From: an uncultured Ignavibacteria bacterium
GTDB taxonomy: Bacteria > Bacteroidota > Ignavibacteria > Tepidaquicellales > Tepidaquicellaceae
DNA length: 64,000 nt
Direction of reading: 5' to 3'
NCBI GenBank assembly: GCA_937974175.1
Contig: CALJIG010000027.1
Coordinates: forward strand, 8,809-72,808
The notes under the pieces are model-generated. The model ran no database searches, had not been told where the DNA came from, and worked only from the letters and a program-made list of their open reading frames with translations. The position numbers and the translations under genes are program-made. Shown here one piece after another: positions 9,570-19,707 of the stretch. Position 1 is the stretch's first letter. Every line of letters starts with the position of its first letter.

Positions 9570-10388
9570 ATGCTTCCGGAATATTTTACTAAAGAGCTAG
9601 GACTCAAAAATCTAAATAACTTTCTTTTAATATCAGGTCCGTGCGTTGTTGAAAGCAGAAGCAATATTTTCAAAACGTGTGAGAAGCTGAAAGAGATTAC
9701 AACGAAATTAAAAATCCCATTTATATTTAAATCATCTTTTATAAAGGCAAACAGAACTTCCTCTGATTCATTCAGAACTATCGGAATAGATAAGTCATTA
9801 CAAATTCTTGCCGATGTTAAAAAGGAATTTAATGTCCCGATTATTACAGACGTTCACTCTGAAATAGATGTTGAGATTGCTTCTGAAGTTGCCGATGTTC
9901 TGCAAATTCCTGCATTTCTTTGCAGGCAGACTGAACTGCTTGAAGCTGCAGGCGATACAGGAAAAATTGTAAATATAAAGAAGGGGCAATTCCTCGCTCC
10001 GCAGGATATGATTTATCAGGCAGAGAAAGTGAAAGCAACGGGTAATAATAAAATTATGCTGACGGAAAGAGGCAGCACGTTCGGGTATAATAATTTAGTT
10101 GTAGATATGCGCGGGCTTGTGATTATGAAGAAAAGCGGATATCCTGTTATTTTTGATGCAACACATTCCGTTCAGATGCCGTCTAATGAAAAGGGAGTGT
10201 CGGGCGGACTTCCCGAATTTATCGAGCCTTTAGCAAGATGCGCAGCTTCATTGAATGTGGCAGGTTTTTTTATTGAGACTCATCCGAACCCGGCAAAAGC
10301 ATTAAGTGATGCCAAAAGCATGCTTCCACTTGATAAAATGGAGAATTTGCTCATAAAACTGATGAAAATCTATAAAGCGGCAGAATAA
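9570..10388 (+). CDS. kdsA: 3-deoxy-8-phosphooctulonate (KDO-8-P) synthase
   Basis: 272 aa. Contains FKSSFIKANRTS, QIPAFLCRQT, NIKKGQF and FDATHSVQ motifs. Confidence 0.9.
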   Translation: MLPEYFTKELGLKNLNNFLLISGPCVVESRSNIFKTCEKLKEITTKLKIPFIFKSSFIKANRTSSDSFRTIGIDKSLQILADVKKEFNVPIITDVHSEIDVEIASEVADVLQIPAFLCRQTELLEAAGDTGKIVNIKKGQFLAPQDMIYQAEKVKATGNNKIMLTERGSTFGYNNLVVDMRGLVIMKKSGYPVIFDATHSVQMPSNEKGVSGGLPEFIEPLARCAASLNVAGFFIETHPNPAKALSDAKSMLPLDKMENLLIKLMKIYKAAE

Positions 10389-10478
10389 TAATTTCCCGAT
10401 TAAAATAGCTTAATAATACCCTTTAAAATTTTTTTTAAATTGAATATTTTACACATACTAATACCTTTTTAATACCCG

Positions 10479-10904
10479 ATGAGTGAACAACCAAAACCAA
10501 CTGAACAAGAGAAATTAGGACATTCAATTCCGCTGACTATTTTAATAGCTGAAGACAATCTGATTAATCAAAAATTAATCGCTAAGATTTTTCAAAGCAT
10601 GGGATATGAAGTGGATGTTGCCGATAACGGAGTGATAGCTTTAGAGCATCTTGAAAAAAAGAGTTACGAACTCGTTACTCTCGATATTCAGATGCCTGAG
10701 ATGGATGGAATAACATGCGCAAAAGAGATTCATAAAAAATTCGGGGAGAAGCGTCCGGTCTTAGTTTCGATAACTGCAAATATTCAGTTACTCAATCCTG
10801 AAGGATATGATAAAGATGGAATGGATGATGTGCTTACGAAACCTTTCAAAGCTGAGGATTTAAAAAACATGATATTGAAATGGTTCGGAAACAAACAGAA
10901 TTAA
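10479..10904 (+). CDS. Stand-alone response-regulator receiver domain protein
   Basis: ILIAEDN..., LVTLDIQMPEMDG and TKPF motifs. No output domain. Confidence 0.85.
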   Translation: MSEQPKPTEQEKLGHSIPLTILIAEDNLINQKLIAKIFQSMGYEVDVADNGVIALEHLEKKSYELVTLDIQMPEMDGITCAKEIHKKFGEKRPVLVSITANIQLLNPEGYDKDGMDDVLTKPFKAEDLKNMILKWFGNKQN

Positions 10905-10914
10905 ATACATTTTT

Positions 10915-13347
10915 TTGGCAAAGCAAAACAGTTTTAAATCAATATATTTCACAGGAATTTTCCTCACTGCACTAAGTACTCTTCTTTTAGAATTTACTCT
11001 TACCCGAATATTATCCGTCTCGCTCTGGTATCACTTTGCCTTCATGGTCATAAGTGTTGCATTGCTCGGCTTTGGAGTAAGCGGAGTGTTTTTATCTCTC
11101 AATGAAAAGATAAAAAAAATAAATACGGATAAGCTGCTGACGTGGCTTTCTATTCTGTACGGCATTTCTATTTTTGCATCGTTTGTAATTATAAATCAGA
11201 TACCTTTTGATCCGTTCAGTTTACTTACTGATAAAATCCAATTTTTGTATTTACCCATATATTATCTGCTGATTACAATTCCGTTTTTCTTTTCAGGTTT
11301 GATAATCTCAGTATTGCTTTCATATTTCAAAAATGAAATTTCCAAATTATATTTCTTTGATTTAGTCGGTGCTGGAGCAGCGTGTTTTGCATTTGTATTT
11401 TTCATTCCGATTTTCGGCGGGAACGGAACGATTGTAATTATCTCTGCGCTGGCATTTGTGAATGCAATAATTTTCAGCTTTAAAGAATTTAAAACACTTG
11501 CATACATATCGGGCATTCTTGCTATAATTGTCTTGTCATTTTTAATGAATGTAAACGGAAGTCTGCCGATAAACTCTTCACCAAATAAAATTTACGGAAA
11601 TTACATTAAAGCAAGACCTGAACTGAATATGTTCTCCGCGTGGAATATTTTTTCCAAGATTGATGTAATGAAGGAAGAAGAACCGCAGGAAGACGGCTAT
11701 GATATAGCTCTTGCAATTATTGATGATGGAAATGCAACTACTAATATTCCGAATGTGAAGAAATTCCCATTGGAGAGTAAGCCTGCAGATGCATCGAACC
11801 TTGCTTTTGCCCCGAAGGACTCAGTCAACAATGTTTTTATAATAGGCTCTGCCGGCGGCGGAGAGATACTCTCAAGCTTATATAATAATGCAAAGAGTGT
11901 TACTGCAGTTGAGATAAACGGAATACTGAATGATTTGATATCGCAGAAGATGGCTTACTGGACGGGTCCGCTAGTAAAAAATAATCCCAAGGTAAATCTT
12001 ATTACAGATGACGCAAGAAATGTAATCACAAACTCACGCGAAAAATATGATGTGATAATTTCTGCCCATACAATTTCAGCATCAGCAGTTTCAAGCGGAG
12101 CAATGAGTATGGTGGAAAACTATATTTTAACAAAAGAAGCAGTTGATGAATATATAAATCATTTGAGCAATAGCGGAGTGCTGTATGTTTCGCGTCCTGA
12201 AACACAGATGCCGAAGCTTATCACTACTTTGAAAAAATCCGTAACGGATATTACTGAAGGAAAAGATAACGGAAAGAACGATATAATTGTTTTCAGAAGA
12301 CCTCCGAATGATTTTGAAACAGGAAAAAGTTTTCTTGCAGGTGTGTTGTTCAAAAAGAATGGGTTTACTCCCGATGAAGTAATTAAAATAAAAAATGAAA
12401 CTGCAAAGCTGAGTCTGGATATAGAATACGACCCCGTATCAAAACAGAATGGATATTACAGAGAACTGGTTGAATCGGATAACATAGATAACGAAATAAA
12501 TACTGCTAAGCTTAATATTACTCCTGCTACCGATGACAAGCCGTTCTTTGATAAAAATATCGGCTTCTCAAATTTAACATTTGATGGAATAAAAGAAACT
12601 TTCTCGCAAGATGATAAAGCAATTCTTGCATTAAAAGATAAGCCTGTTGCAGAGACAACTTTGCTTGCAATATTAGTGCAGACAATTTTAGTTTCATTTG
12701 TGCTTATACTTTTACCGCTGAGAATTTTTAACAAGAAAAAAATAAACACCAAGGATAAAAATATTCAGCAGGAAAAACCATTCGACAGGAAATTTTTGAT
12801 TTATTTTGCCTGTCTCGGCTTCGGATATATAATGCTTCAGATATGTATGATACAGAAGTTTACGCTATTACTCGGCCAGCCTGTATTTACTTTGCTTACA
12901 GTTGTATCTACAATGCTTGTTGCCTCCGGTATCGGAAGCTTTTATTCTAAAAAATTATTTACCAATAAAAAAACAGTTTTCATAGTTATAGCATTATATG
13001 CAGTTGCGCTGGGATTATTAAATCCAATTTTATTTAAAGCGTTTGCAAGCTATGACTTAGTAATCAGAATTATAATTTCAGTTATACTTATTTTCCCATT
13101 AGGATTTTTTATGGGAATGCCATTTCCCACGGGCTTGGGATTGATAAATAATGAGCAGAAAAAATTTATTCCTCTTGCATGGGGAGTGAATGGTTTCTTT
13201 TCCGTCATAGGTACAGTATGCGCTATGATACTTGCTATGACAATCGGCTTTAAATTTGTATTTATTCTCTCAGGAATAATTTATCTTTTGGCAATGGTGC
13301 TTATAAGCAAAAAGTTTAATAAAGAACAAGAATTGAAAACGATCTAA
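10915..13347 (+). CDS. Fused polytopic membrane / spermidine-synthase-like protein
   Basis: About 7 N-terminal and 6-7 C-terminal TM helices flank a class-I SAM-fold segment (VFIIGSAGGGE...VTAVEIN...DVIIS). TTG start. Confidence 0.7.
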   Translation: MAKQNSFKSIYFTGIFLTALSTLLLEFTLTRILSVSLWYHFAFMVISVALLGFGVSGVFLSLNEKIKKINTDKLLTWLSILYGISIFASFVIINQIPFDPFSLLTDKIQFLYLPIYYLLITIPFFFSGLIISVLLSYFKNEISKLYFFDLVGAGAACFAFVFFIPIFGGNGTIVIISALAFVNAIIFSFKEFKTLAYISGILAIIVLSFLMNVNGSLPINSSPNKIYGNYIKARPELNMFSAWNIFSKIDVMKEEEPQEDGYDIALAIIDDGNATTNIPNVKKFPLESKPADASNLAFAPKDSVNNVFIIGSAGGGEILSSLYNNAKSVTAVEINGILNDLISQKMAYWTGPLVKNNPKVNLITDDARNVITNSREKYDVIISAHTISASAVSSGAMSMVENYILTKEAVDEYINHLSNSGVLYVSRPETQMPKLITTLKKSVTDITEGKDNGKNDIIVFRRPPNDFETGKSFLAGVLFKKNGFTPDEVIKIKNETAKLSLDIEYDPVSKQNGYYRELVESDNIDNEINTAKLNITPATDDKPFFDKNIGFSNLTFDGIKETFSQDDKAILALKDKPVAETTLLAILVQTILVSFVLILLPLRIFNKKKINTKDKNIQQEKPFDRKFLIYFACLGFGYIMLQICMIQKFTLLLGQPVFTLLTVVSTMLVASGIGSFYSKKLFTNKKTVFIVIALYAVALGLLNPILFKAFASYDLVIRIIISVILIFPLGFFMGMPFPTGLGLINNEQKKFIPLAWGVNGFFSVIGTVCAMILAMTIGFKFVFILSGIIYLLAMVLISKKFNKEQELKTI

Positions 13348-13358
13348 ACTACACTATC

Positions 13359-14651
13359 ATGAAAGATGCACAGTACCACAAAAAGAACTTAGCAATTATT
13401 GTCGGCGGCGGTCCTGCACCGGGAATAAACGGTGTAATCCGTTCAGTTACAATCGAAGCAATAAATTCAGGACTTAATGTAATAGGTATCTATGATGGTT
13501 TCGAATGGCTTGCCAAAGGCGACCACACTCATGTTACAGAATTAAAAATAGAAGATGTATCACGCATTCACTTTTCAGGCGGAAGTATTCTAAGAACTTC
13601 ACGTGAAAATCCAGCATCAAGCAAAGAAAAAATTGAAGCAACAATCAAAGCACTTACTCAATTATCTGTTGATTACCTTGTAACAATCGGCGGCGATGAT
13701 ACTGCTACAAGCGCATATAAAATTGATGAGCTTACAAAGGGACAGATAGAAGTTGCGCACGTTCCGAAAACTATAGATAACGATTTACCTCTTCCCGGGA
13801 ATATGCCTACGTTCGGATATCAGACTGCAAGACATCACGGAGTAAAAATTGTTCAGTCATTAATGATGGATGCAGCCACCACAAAACGCTGGTATTACGT
13901 TGTTACCATGGGAAGAAAAGCAGGACACTTAGCCCTTGGTATTGGTAAAGCAGCAGGCGCAACACTAACTATTATAGGTGAGGAATTCAGAAATCAGGAA
14001 GTCAGCTTTAATACAATCTGCGATATACTTGAAGTCTCCATTATAAAAAGACTTGCATCAGGGCATCCTTACGGAGTTGCAATACTTGCAGAAGGAATTA
14101 TTCATAAGATTGATTTAGAGGAATTGAAATCTAACCCTTATGTAAATCTTGAGCTTGATACACACGGCAATATAAGATTATCTGAAATTGATATCGGTAA
14201 AGTCACTAAGGAAGAAGTCAGAAGAAGATTAAAAGCGCGCGGCATAGATGCAACAATTGTTAATAAAGATATTGGATATGAACTCAGATGCGCAGACCCC
14301 ATTCCATATGACTGTGAATATACTCAGGACCTTGGCTATGCAGCAGTACGATACCTGCTAAATGGCAATAGCGGAGCTATTGTAACGGTTGATAAGGGAC
14401 AGTTGATACCAATTAAATTCCATGATATCATAGGAGATAATAATAAAATTCAGACAAGAGAAGTTGATGTGGATTCTGACGGTTATAAAGTCGCCAGAAA
14501 ATATATGATAAGAATGGAAAACAATGATTTCGAAGAAGTAAAAAATATTGCAAGATTAGCACTGATAGGAAACATGAAGACAGAAGAATTCATAGATAAA
14601 TTTCAATATTTAACAAACGATCCGCCAACAAAAGAGCAGAGACAGAATTGA
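13359..14651 (+). CDS. pfp: Phosphofructokinase, diphosphate-dependent type (predicted)
   Basis: PFK motifs GGGPAPGINGVI, TIGGDDTATSA, PKTIDNDL and MGRKAGHLAL. Asp follows GGD, and Lys is present in PKTIDND. Confidence 0.75.
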   Translation: MKDAQYHKKNLAIIVGGGPAPGINGVIRSVTIEAINSGLNVIGIYDGFEWLAKGDHTHVTELKIEDVSRIHFSGGSILRTSRENPASSKEKIEATIKALTQLSVDYLVTIGGDDTATSAYKIDELTKGQIEVAHVPKTIDNDLPLPGNMPTFGYQTARHHGVKIVQSLMMDAATTKRWYYVVTMGRKAGHLALGIGKAAGATLTIIGEEFRNQEVSFNTICDILEVSIIKRLASGHPYGVAILAEGIIHKIDLEELKSNPYVNLELDTHGNIRLSEIDIGKVTKEEVRRRLKARGIDATIVNKDIGYELRCADPIPYDCEYTQDLGYAAVRYLLNGNSGAIVTVDKGQLIPIKFHDIIGDNNKIQTREVDVDSDGYKVARKYMIRMENNDFEEVKNIARLALIGNMKTEEFIDKFQYLTNDPPTKEQRQN

Positions 14652-15691
14652 AAATAGGAATTTTGACAAGCGGCGGTGACTGCCCGGGATTAAATGCTGT
14701 AATACGAGCTATCGTAAGAAAAGGGAATCTGATGGGATATCAGACAACGGGTATCTACAACGGATGGAAGGGATTGTTTGATGAAAATTATAAAGACTTG
14801 AGCGTCAAAAATGTTGCGGGAATTGTAAACCGCGGAGGAACGATATTAGGCACCAGCCGCTTCAATCCATTTGCTGAAAAGCATGGGAAAGAAACTCTGC
14901 TTCATAAAGTATCTAAAGAAGAGTTTGATGTCCTTATTGCTATAGGCGGCGAAGGTTCGATGCATATTGCACAGGAAGCATTCAAGCTGGGAATAAATGT
15001 CATCGGCGTTCCGAAAACAATCGATAACGATATTAGCGGTACAGACTATACATTCGGATTTGATACGGCAGTCTCTATAGCAACTGAAGCAATAGACAGA
15101 TTGCACACTACGGCGGAATCGCATCACAGAATTATGATACTTGAAGTGATGGGCAGGCATGCGGGATGGATAGCGCTTCACTCGGGGATAGCAGGCGGCG
15201 CTGACATTATTTTGATTCCGGAATTTAAAATGTCACTGGATGAAATAAATGAGATATTGATGAAACGTTACAGCAGAGGGAAAATATTTTCGATTATCGT
15301 TGTTGCGGAAGGAGCAGAATATCTTGCGGAAGAAATTTATGAAATTACGAAAACCTCCGATAAAAATGCCAGATATGATGAAGCCGGACGTAAAAGACTG
15401 GGAGGAATAGGAAATCTGCTTGCTGAAATGATAGAGGAAAAAAGCGGATTTGAAACACGCGCTACTGTACTTGGTTATATACAAAGAGGCGGAGTGCCGA
15501 CTGCCTTCGACAGAATGCTGGGCACCAGGCTCGGAATACATGCAGTAGAAATGATAGCGGAAAAAAAATTCGGTAGAATGAGCGCAGTAAAAGGAAACGA
15601 TATAATTGATATAACAATAGAAGATGCAATAGGAACATTAAAAACAGTTCCGCCTGAATTATACGAAGAAGCAAAAGTATTCTTTAACTAG
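14648..15691 (+). CDS. pfkA: 6-phosphofructokinase, ATP-dependent type (predicted)
   Basis: SGGDCPGLNAVI, AIGGEGSMHIA, PKTIDNDI, MGRHAGWIAL and LGYIQRGG motifs. The TTG start overlaps the upstream stop by 4 nt. Confidence 0.8.
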   Translation: MKIGILTSGGDCPGLNAVIRAIVRKGNLMGYQTTGIYNGWKGLFDENYKDLSVKNVAGIVNRGGTILGTSRFNPFAEKHGKETLLHKVSKEEFDVLIAIGGEGSMHIAQEAFKLGINVIGVPKTIDNDISGTDYTFGFDTAVSIATEAIDRLHTTAESHHRIMILEVMGRHAGWIALHSGIAGGADIILIPEFKMSLDEINEILMKRYSRGKIFSIIVVAEGAEYLAEEIYEITKTSDKNARYDEAGRKRLGGIGNLLAEMIEEKSGFETRATVLGYIQRGGVPTAFDRMLGTRLGIHAVEMIAEKKFGRMSAVKGNDIIDITIEDAIGTLKTVPPELYEEAKVFFN

Positions 15692-15760
15692 TTCTAAATG
15701 TACTTGTACCATACTACGAAAAAATATAATACACCTAATTTTATAAATGTTAATATGTAG

Positions 15761-15819
15761 GGGCGTTCTGCGAACGCCCTTAACTTTTATAAAAAGATAG
15801 GGCGTATGCAATACGCCCT
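15761..15819. repeat. Two related GC-rich palindromic hairpins (GGGCGT..ACGCCC) in an AT-rich intergenic region
   Basis: Hairpin 1: GGGCGTT (15761-15767) pairs with AACGCCC (15773-15779). Hairpin 2: AGGGCGTAT (15799-15807) pairs with ATACGCCCT (15811-15819). Both lie downstream of the pfkA stop. Confidence 0.5.
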
Positions 15820-16004
15820 TACAAACTTTCCTATCTTTATATAACAACATCCTTAAGGCATTACTTCTTTTATTTTACTGTGCATTCAAAAGTTCTTCAA
15901 TTAAAATTAATTTATATTTCATAATCATTATTATTATATTACAGCGTTTGTAATAAATGAATTTGAAGTTAGTTTTAATTTGAAAATTTAAGCACCCTTC
16001 CAGA

Positions 16005-17471
16005 ATGAAAGATACATTACCGGATAATGCTGACCAGCATCACTCAGGACTTCTCAGGCGACTGGGCCTTACTACAGCGATATTAATAGTAATAAGTTCA
16101 ATGATAGGTTCCGGCGTTTTTAAAAAAGCAGCGCCGATGTCTCTTGAATTACATTCAAGCGGATTGATTCTCATCTGCTGGCTTATCGCAGGTATAATCA
16201 CACTATTCGGTTCTATTACTAATGCGGAAATTGCCGGACTCATTGCAGAGCCGGGAGGACAGTATGTTTACTTCAAGCACATGTACGGAAAGTTTTTTGC
16301 ATTCATGTACGGATGGTCATGCTTCTCTGTCATTCAGACAGCTTCCATCGCATCAATTGCATACGTCTTTGCAGAATCGGTTAACTCAGTCATTCCATTA
16401 TTCCATTTAAGTGCGGGGGCGGAGGAGTTCACGCTCTTCGGATTGTTCAATCCTCTTAATAATTTTGGGGTGAAGCTTTTGACTATCGGTACAATTGTAT
16501 TTCTGACAGGGGCAAATTATCTTGGAGTAATTTTCGGAGGTATTATCAATAATGTTTTTACTGTTCTCAAAGTTTTAGCAATCATTACAATTATAATTCT
16601 TGCGCTTACTATTAGCGGGGGAAGCTCAGCTAATGTTCAGCCGATGTTTGCTGCTCCCGGTGCAACGTACAATTCTTCACTCGGACTTTTCGGTGCTATG
16701 TTTGCTGCAATGCTTGGAGCATTCTGGGCTTATGACGGTTGGAATAACATAGGGTATCTCGGAGGTGAAATAAAAAATCCAAAGAGAACAATTCCGCTTT
16801 CATTGTTTATCGGAGTGGGAGTTGTAACAGCGATTTATCTTCTGGTAAACTATGCTTATTTATATGTACTGCCGTTGAACGAACTCTTAGCGGTTGCCAA
16901 TACAGAAAATACAATTGTTGCGGTGGAAGTTATGAGGAAGTTCTTGGGAGATAACGGCGTGTTATTTATATCCATATTAATAATGGTTGCAACATTCGGA
17001 ACAACAAACGGAACTATACTTGCTTCATCCAGAATTTACTTTGCAATGGCAAAGGATAATTTGTTTTTTAAATCAGCTGCAAATGTTCATCCAAGATTCA
17101 AAACTCCTTACACTTCATTATTAATGCAGGGCTTGTGGTCAAGTCTGCTAGTTCTTTCAGGAACATTCGATCAGCTTACTGATATGCTTATCTTTGCTTC
17201 ATTTATTTTTTACGGCGCAGGCGCGCTGGGAGTATTTGTATTAAGAAAGAAAATGAAAGATGCTCACAGACCTTTTAAGGCAGTCGGCTATCCCGTAGTC
17301 CCGGCAATATTTATTTTATTCTGCGCAACGCTGGTGATAGTAACGATTATTCAGAATCCAAGAGATGCAGGTATCGGACTTGCTTTGGTATTAATAGGTA
17401 TTCCTTTCTTCAGAAACTGGAATAATAAAATAAAGAAAACTGAGCTACCGCCGGTAGATGTTATTCCTTAG
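16005..17471 (+). CDS. APC-superfamily amino acid permease
   Basis: 488 aa with about 12 TM helices. The N-terminal SMIGSGVF motif is typical of APC transporters. Confidence 0.85.
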   Translation: MKDTLPDNADQHHSGLLRRLGLTTAILIVISSMIGSGVFKKAAPMSLELHSSGLILICWLIAGIITLFGSITNAEIAGLIAEPGGQYVYFKHMYGKFFAFMYGWSCFSVIQTASIASIAYVFAESVNSVIPLFHLSAGAEEFTLFGLFNPLNNFGVKLLTIGTIVFLTGANYLGVIFGGIINNVFTVLKVLAIITIIILALTISGGSSANVQPMFAAPGATYNSSLGLFGAMFAAMLGAFWAYDGWNNIGYLGGEIKNPKRTIPLSLFIGVGVVTAIYLLVNYAYLYVLPLNELLAVANTENTIVAVEVMRKFLGDNGVLFISILIMVATFGTTNGTILASSRIYFAMAKDNLFFKSAANVHPRFKTPYTSLLMQGLWSSLLVLSGTFDQLTDMLIFASFIFYGAGALGVFVLRKKMKDAHRPFKAVGYPVVPAIFILFCATLVIVTIIQNPRDAGIGLALVLIGIPFFRNWNNKIKKTELPPVDVIP

Positions 17472-17485
17472 CATATAAAAATTCT

Positions 17486-17517
17486 CCTTCCCAATCCGCC
17501 GCGGCGAATTGGGAAGG
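17486..17517. terminator. 10-bp hairpin between convergent genes (likely bidirectional terminator)
   Basis: CCTTCCCAAT (17486-17495) pairs with ATTGGGAAGG (17508-17517), with a GC-rich loop. It sits between the stops at 17471 (+) and 17526 (-). Confidence 0.55.
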
Positions 17518-17525
17518 AATAAATC

Positions 17526-18023
17526 TTATTTCACCAATCTATACTTGCTTCCTTTTTTTACAATCTCATGTCCTTCTGCCTGTAGTGCTCTTTTGTGGGC
17601 TAAAAGTCCACCGGGATATTTTTCGTTTAGCTCTCCCGTTGATTTTATAGTGCGCCAGTAAGGTGTGATTTTTTTCTTTCCGGCTTTCCTGTCTTCCTCG
17701 GCTGCGTGAGAGGCGATCCATGCAAATATTCCTGTTGTTATAGGGCAGGCAGTTTCTGTTGAGTGTTTTTCTGAAAGCCGCTTTCTGATGTCATTTATTG
17801 TAATTATTTTTCCTTTCTTCACAGTTTTCATAATTGCATCGACTTCAATCGGGGAAGGGATGACCATTGTTTTGCCGCCCCATCTTTTCTCTGCTTCTGC
17901 ATTCAGGTTAATTACTCTTGGTAAGTCTTTTGAGTCATTGAGTTTATCTTTCCACGATTTCTTTGCAGATTTTTTTGCCGGCTTTTTTACTGATTTTTCA
18001 GAGGTATTCTTTTCTGTTTTCAT
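17526..18023 (-). CDS. MGMT-family (alkyltransferase-like DNA-binding domain) protein with a Lys-rich N-terminal tail
   Basis: IPSPIEVDAIMKTVKKGKIITINDIRKRL...TPYWRTIKSTGEL resembles the MGMT/ATL DNA-binding domain. I see no PCHR active-site Cys motif. Confidence 0.45.
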   Translation of the reverse strand: MKTEKNTSEKSVKKPAKKSAKKSWKDKLNDSKDLPRVINLNAEAEKRWGGKTMVIPSPIEVDAIMKTVKKGKIITINDIRKRLSEKHSTETACPITTGIFAWIASHAAEEDRKAGKKKITPYWRTIKSTGELNEKYPGGLLAHKRALQAEGHEIVKKGSKYRLVK

Positions 18024-18111
18024 TTTTTTCCTTCGTTTTACTTTTTCTTATTTCATTTCTCTTTTGTCATCACTAAATTAACTACACTCTTTCTAAATTA
18101 TAATTCAAAAA

Positions 18112-18927
18112 ATGAGTGAAGAAAAAAACGCTGAGTATATCTTGGGCGTTAATCTTAAAGAGTTAAAACGTCTTGAATTCCAGAACGGAGTCTGGAGAAA
18201 CGTTACAAATGATTTTATCACGCGCTGCGGACTTACAAAAGGAATGAAATGCCTTGATGTCGGCGCAGGTCCCGGATTTGTCAGCATGGATTTACTAGAC
18301 TTCGTCGGTCCTCAGGGCGAAGTTACAGCATTAGAACCCTCACAACTTTATCTTGAGCATTTCAAAGATTATTGTTCAAACAATTCAATCACAAATGTAA
18401 AGTTCATAAATTCAATAGTTGAGGACGCAGAGCTTCCTGAAAATTATTACGATTTTATTTTTGCGAGATGGGTGATTTCATTTGTACCGGATGCTGAATT
18501 ATTTCTCTCAAAAATTTATAAGGCTTTAAAGCCCGGCGGTATAGTTGCACTGATGGATTATAACTACGAAGGAATAACCCGACATCCAATGACAGAAACT
18601 TTCAAAGAAGTGCCTGATGCTGTAAGAAAATACTGGCTAAAAGGTGGTGGTGACCCGTATATTGCACTCAGAATTCCCGAACTTTATAAAAAGTTGGGAT
18701 TAACTCTCACAGATTATAAGCCAACTGTTTTAGCAGGTGATAAAGACAGCGATGTTTTTGAATGGGCGCATAAGTTTTTCTCGGTACATTTTGATGTTAT
18801 GGCAAAAATGGGAGCGATATCTTCACGCGAGGCTGATGAAATGCTTCAGGACTGGCTTGAGCATAGATATGATTCAAACGCAATTTTCTACTCGCCGATA
18901 GTTGTAGATATGGCAGGAAGAAAATAG
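18112..18927 (+). CDS. Class I SAM-dependent methyltransferase
   Basis: Motif I CLDVGAGPGFVS. Motif post-I ALEPS. GGIVALMD. Confidence 0.75.
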   Translation: MSEEKNAEYILGVNLKELKRLEFQNGVWRNVTNDFITRCGLTKGMKCLDVGAGPGFVSMDLLDFVGPQGEVTALEPSQLYLEHFKDYCSNNSITNVKFINSIVEDAELPENYYDFIFARWVISFVPDAELFLSKIYKALKPGGIVALMDYNYEGITRHPMTETFKEVPDAVRKYWLKGGGDPYIALRIPELYKKLGLTLTDYKPTVLAGDKDSDVFEWAHKFFSVHFDVMAKMGAISSREADEMLQDWLEHRYDSNAIFYSPIVVDMAGRK

Positions 18928-19046
18928 ATATTGAATTGTTATTTTGCAGAACATATATCAAAATATATGCATTTATTTTCCATTTAATTAAACCTTTAAT
19001 TTAGCTATTTTTCCTAAATTTATTTTAAACATATTATTTACGAATT

Positions 19047-19700
19047 ATGAAGATTTTCATAGATACAGCAAACCTAAATGAAATAAAAGAAGCAAACGAC
19101 ATGGGCTTGCTTGACGGTGTAACAACAAATCCATCTCTTGTAGCAAAAGAAGGGCATAAAGATTTTAAATCGATGCTTGAATCAATTTGTAAAATTGTAA
19201 ACGGCGATATTTCCGCTGAAGTTGTTTCAACAGATTATGAAGGAATAGTTAAAGAAGGAAGAGAACTTGCAAAAATTCATCCGAATATTGTAGTTAAAGT
19301 TCCTTTAATAAAAGAAGGATTAAAAGCTGTCCGTACTTTTGCTGATGAAGGTATCAGAACAAATGTTACTTTATGCTTTTCAGCTTCGCAGGCAGTACTT
19401 GCTGCTAAAGCAGGCGCTTATATTATCAGTCCATTTGTGGGTCGTCTTGATGACATTTCCGCTAACGGAATGGAATTAATTGCGCAGATGGTAAATATTT
19501 ACAGAAACTATGATTACCAGACAAAAATTCTTGTTGCTTCGGTAAGACATCCATTACATTTTGTGGATTCATGTATGCTGGGTGCAGATATTGCTACGAT
19601 GCCGTTCAAAGTAATTGAGCAACTCGCAAAACATCCATTGACAGATTTAGGTTTAAGCACTTTCTTAAAAGACTGGGAAAAGCTGAACGCTTCTAAATAA
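19047..19700 (+). CDS. fsa: Fructose-6-phosphate aldolase / short transaldolase family enzyme
   Basis: 217 aa. Contains [23 protein letters not shown] and ..VKVP.. (Schiff-base Lys region), plus [10 protein letters not shown]. Confidence 0.9.
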   Translation: MKIFIDTANLNEIKEANDMGLLDGVTTNPSLVAKEGHKDFKSMLESICKIVNGDISAEVVSTDYEGIVKEGRELAKIHPNIVVKVPLIKEGLKAVRTFADEGIRTNVTLCFSASQAVLAAKAGAYIISPFVGRLDDISANGMELIAQMVNIYRNYDYQTKILVASVRHPLHFVDSCMLGADIATMPFKVIEQLAKHPLTDLGLSTFLKDWEKLNASK

Positions 19701-19707
19701 TTTTTGC

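Noticed and set aside
15659-15850. 63-aa minus-strand ORF in the pfkA-permease spacer
   Set aside because: It spans the two GC-rich palindromes and AT-rich spacer. Its sequence (..GVLHTPY..GVRRTPLH..) is the translation of the repeated hairpins, not a plausible protein.
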